Source: Squalus acanthias
Taxonomy: Eukaryota
DNA: 64,000 nucleotides
Direction of reading: 5' to 3'
Assembly: GCA_030390025.1 (NCBI GenBank)
Contig: CM059432.1
Span: 63,614,001-63,678,000, forward strand
A program made the position numbers and the translations under genes. The notes under the pieces were generated by a model. The model made no database searches. It saw only the letters and a list, made by a program, of their open reading frames with translations, and was not told the DNA's origin. Positions 60,043 through 64,000 of the stretch are shown in pieces (within the stretch, counting starts at the first letter, position 1; each line of letters opens with the position of its first letter).

Positions 60043-61297
60043 TTAAGCAAATCTGGCCAAGATGAGTGCATCCCTTTCTTCCCGGGCAACAATGTGCTCG
60101 CCTGCTGCTGCAGCTGGGTGATGCGCCTCCGCAAGGTCTTCATTCTCGTTCTCCTCCTCCTCCTCCTCCTCCTCCTCCCCCTCATCTGAGGAGGCTGTGC
60201 GCTGACCCACTTGTTCCTCAGGCATTGGAAGCCATGATGCTGTGCGATGTTGTGCAGTGCACAGCAGACCACGACGATTCTGGAGACCCTGGCTGTTGAG
60301 TACTGCAGGGCTCCACCTGATCTATCAAGGCATCTGAATCACATCTTCAGCAAGCCGATGGTTTGCTCGATAATGCATCTGGTCGAAATGTGACTGGAGT
60401 TGTAGCGCTCCTCAGCTTCGTTGGATGGCCTCCTGAATGGCGTCATTAACCACGTCTTCAGGGGATAGCCCTTGTCTCCAAGTAGCCATCCGCAAAGTTT
60501 GTTTTGGCGGACTGTAGAGCGGAGGCACAGTAGACTGCTGCAGGATGAACAAGTCATGGCAATTGCCAGGGTACTTCGCGCAAACATGCAAAATGTCCTT
60601 CCTGTGGTTACACACCAGCTGCACGTTGAGGGAGTGGAAGCCCTTGTAGTTGACAAAAATAGCTGGGTTGTGATGGGGTGCCTTAAGGGTCATGTGTGCA
60701 GTCTACGACTCCCTGCACCCTTGGAAAGCCTGCAATATTTGCAAAGCCAACCGCACGCGCGGTTGTACTTGCTTGATCCATGGAGAAGTGTATGTAATTG
60801 TGCCCCTTTGCAAAGAGGGCATTGGTTACTTGCATGATGCAAGTGTGTGCGGCCGACTGGGAGATGCCGCTGATGTCTGCTGATGATCCCTGGAAGGAGC
60901 CTGAAGCAAAAATGTTGAGTGCGGTGGTGACTTTGACAGCCACTGGTAAGGAGTGTCCACCGGATCCTCTGGGCTCCAGGTGTTGGTGCAGCATTGCGCA
61001 GATGTCACCCACTACCTCGCGCAAAAGTCTCAGCCTCCTTTGGCACTGCTGCTCACTCATGTTGAAGAAGCTCATCCTCATCCTGTAAACCCTGTTTTGG
61101 GGGTATCTCCTGCGGCGACATGCTTCCATGCACTGGCGCCTTCTGCACTGTGCAGCATCAGGTGGGTGAGCAGCAGATTGGTGCTCCTGTTGTTGCTGCT
61201 GATGTTGCTGCTGTTGTTGTTCCTGGTTCTGCTGCTGCCATGGCTGCTCTTCATCTGAATCTGAGGTCCAGGATGAAAGGAAATAAATGGTTCCCAT
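60043..61297 (-). pseudogene. H5 Harbinger nuclease with Q-rich N-terminus, frameshifted
   Basis: [84 protein letters not shown]. Confidence 0.94.
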
Positions 61298-62348
61298 GCT
61301 GCTGGTAGATACCTCAATTGAGGAAGTGCTCAGTCAATGTGGGGAGAGGGTTTTCCCAGGAGGTCACAGTGGAGATGGATCTCAGCTTCACCACTTCCAA
61401 AATCAGTAGACCTGCAAAATGTTCTCCAAGACCTGAAAAAACAAAGTTCTGCCACCTGCAACTGATCCTTGTTGAAAACTCCGTTTTTATGGTGGAGCTG
61501 CAGCTGTTAGGAAGCCAGCCACTTGTCAACCCGACAGGATTAGCTGCCGTGTTTCAGGGGAGATGTGCAGCGCGCTGGAAATGTGGGAAAATGTGAAAGG
61601 CCTCTCAAAATGGTGTTTTAGAGGTCCTTAAGTAGTAGTTAAGTGCCTTAAGGGGCCTATCCCATCGCTTGGAGGCACGACTGAAACGGACTCTACAAGC
61701 CTGCCTCTGGCAAAGTTGCGCAGAGGCGGGTCGACGGCGGGATCGGAACCCACCGTCAAATTTTCATAATTTCCCACCTGACCCGTTCAAACCCGCCTCC
61801 TCAGGGCTGGCAAAATCCAGCCCTTTGTGTCCTCCTCACAGCTTACTTTCCATTTCAGTTGAGATATTACTGTTTGTGAGCTGTTCAGCAACTTTTCTAA
61901 ATTGGGATTTATGTTTTTAACTTTATAACGGATACTTGAATGTCCCACAGAACAAAAGAGCACAACATGTGACAGCACAATCCAGAAACTGTCGGCTCGA
62001 TGCTCCTCTGGGATTTTGGAAATTTTCAGGTGGCCCAGGGATGCCAATGGAGGATAATAGAGTGGAGAAGCCTGCCCCAAAAAAGCCACTCGTACAATTT
62101 TTCTTGGACCACACTGCCCACCCCGCAGCATGCAATTGACGCTGGACGCTCTATTTCCATCCCCTACCACTTCGAGCCGGAAAAGGAGGACCCAGCTTTT
62201 TGGACTCAAGGGAAAGAGGCTCATGAAGAGCATGATCTGGGTCCATGAAAGGAAATAGCCTTGGCAGTGAGTGCCACCTCCACTAAGGCCCACGTGGCTA
62301 CTCAGTTCCTCTTTTCTAGTCCAGGACACGATCCTAACCGGGACCACT

Positions 62349-62450
62349 TGAAATAAAACCAGAAAATTCTGGAAATATTCAGCATGCCAGGCAGCATCTG
62401 TGGAGAGAGAAACAGAGTTAACATTTCAGGTCGGTGACTTTTCATCAGAC
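62349..62450 (-). mobile_element. Penelope family-2 terminus with a degenerate hammerhead
   Basis: Minus strand reads CTGATGA-A-AAGTC acc GACCT-GAAA-TG-TT-AAC. Homologous to 47725-47822. Confidence 0.75.
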
Positions 62451-63155
62451 CTGTGGGTGGGTACACCTGGTATCTTTGACGACCCTAAGCCAGATTCTTT
62501 GAGGGCCAGCGACACAGGAACACCCCAGCCATCAGCCTTTCTTACACCAATGGCCTTGTTTTGAGTGGCTAGTGGCTTTGTCCCCACCAGGCCATCCTGG
62601 ATGCTCCAATATTTGGCTCGGACCCAGTGTACACAGGTTCCAACCTAATTTCTGGCCCTTCCAGCACACTCTTGCTGAAGTTACATTGGCTGTGTGTAGA
62701 TTTTCAGCTGTCATCAGTTGAAATATAGCCCTGAATAGAGATCTATGACCAGGGTCATTGCTTAATGGTGACAGAATAAGTTACGGTTTGATATATTACA
62801 TGAGATTCCAGGATTTTCACCAGAATTTTAGGATCACAATTTGGTTCCTTTTCTGTGGAAGTTGAAAACTAAAGGTATGAAAACAAGTGATTATACTGAG
62901 AGTGCAGTGGGACATAAGGTTGTTGTACCTTAAGAGCAGGTATACCAAATGGCCTTAATATTGATCTGTACCCTGTGCTTGTGCATTAGTTATGTGTATT
63001 ACGCACAAAGGATGTTGTTCCTCACCTGACTTGAAGCAGGCCTGCATTTGCAAGTTCAGGTCATTTGCAAGGCCCCAACAAACCCCTAATGCAAATCCGA
63101 CTTACTTGTTAAACACAACTGCTTTGGTGCCAAATATTAGGTAACAGCATTTGCA

Positions 63156-64000
63156 AGCGTACGTTAGCATCGTGGTTATGTTAATGGACTAGTTCTCCAG
63201 AGGCCTGGACTAATGATCTGGAGACATGAGTTCAAATCCCACCACAGCAGCAGCGGAATTGAAATTCAGTTAATTAAATAAATCTGGAATAAAAAGCTAG
63301 TATCAGTAATGGTGACCATGAAACTACCAGATTGTCGTAAAAACCCATCTGGTTCACTAATGTCCTTTGGGGAAGGAAATTTGCCGTCTGCACCTGATCT
63401 GGCCCATGTGTGACTCCAATGTGGTTGGCTCTTAACTGCCCTCTGAAATGGCCTAGCAAACCACTCAGTTGTACCAAACCGCTACAAAGAAGCATACTAA
63501 GAATAAAACTGGATGGACCACCTTGCATCAAACTCAGCACCGGACATGACGAAGGCACACCCACCCCAGTCGAGCCTGTAAAGACCTCCTTGCTAACATC
63601 TGGGTACTTGTGCCAAAATTGGGAGAGCTGTTCCACAGACTAGTCAAGCAATAGCCTGACATAGTCATACTCACAGAATCATACCTTTCAGCCAATGTCC
63701 CAGACTCCTCCATCACCTTGGTATGTCCTGTCCGACCGGCAGCACAGTGGTATACAGTCAGGAGGGGTTGGCCATGGCAGTCCTCAACATAGACTCTGGA
63801 CCCCATGAAGTCTCATGGCATCAGGTCAAACATGGGCAAGGAAATCTCCAGCTGATTATCACCTACCTCCCTCCCTCAGCTGATGAATCAGTACTCCACC
63901 ATGTTAAACACCACTTGGAAGAAGCACTGACATTAGCAAGGGTACAGAACCTGGGTGGGGGACTTCAATGTCCATCACCAAGAGTGGCTCAGTAGCACCC
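63156..64000 (+). mobile_element. 5' end of a LINE: tRNA-like SINE-type head followed directly by an APE endonuclease pseudogene (runs off the window)
   Basis: A-box TAGCATCGTGG at 63165-75 and B-box GAGTTCAAATCC at 63228-39. From ~63586 it reads LLANIWVLVPKLGEL...PDIVILTESYL...EVSW...TYLPPS...GDFNVHH. Confidence 0.8.

Larger units (their letters stand above)
57555..61823. mobile_element. Structurally complete PIF/Harbinger element H5, 4269 bp
   Basis: 16-bp TIRs GGGCTGGATTTT(A/G)CCA, 3-bp TSD TTT and two convergent genes. Confidence 0.96.
55989..61860 (-). mobile_element. 5'-truncated CR1 LINE (own sequence 55989-56454, 57154-57554, 61827-61860) hosting L2 and H5
   Basis: (AACATAAG)n tail and C-terminal RT ORFs 56044-56301 and 57131-57571. 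Continuity is restored across both inserts. Confidence 0.92.

Noticed and set aside
61930..62720. Unassigned GC-moderate segment with a 186-aa minus-strand ORF
   Set aside because: No motif was recognised. It is probably a decayed repeat and cannot be classified by eye.

Overview
This is eukaryotic, vertebrate DNA made almost entirely of nested transposable elements, in what looks like an intron or intergenic region. The repeat set (HER1-like CR1 LINEs, an HE1/V-SINE, SacSINE1/DeuSINE-like SINEs, L2, Penelope termini) points to a cartilaginous fish; this is an inference. The window holds a full-length but disabled, GC-rich Gypsy LTR retrotransposon with CsRN1-clade hallmarks (4392-8745). It also holds a Tigger/pogo transposon whose 588-aa transposase is the only clearly intact gene (23241-25936). 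There are five or six two-gene PIF/Harbinger transposons (HARBI1-like nuclease plus a spliced Myb/SANT protein in convergent orientation) and many Harbinger-type MITEs. Other elements are two unrelated ~1-kb solo LTRs, short Penelope-like elements carrying minimal hammerhead ribozymes, and many CR1, L2 and related LINE fragments. At the right edge is a LINE 5' end whose endonuclease follows a tRNA-like SINE head with no ORF1. Only one weak host-exon candidate was seen. Coordinates of degraded elements are approximate, and family names come from motif recognition, not database searches.
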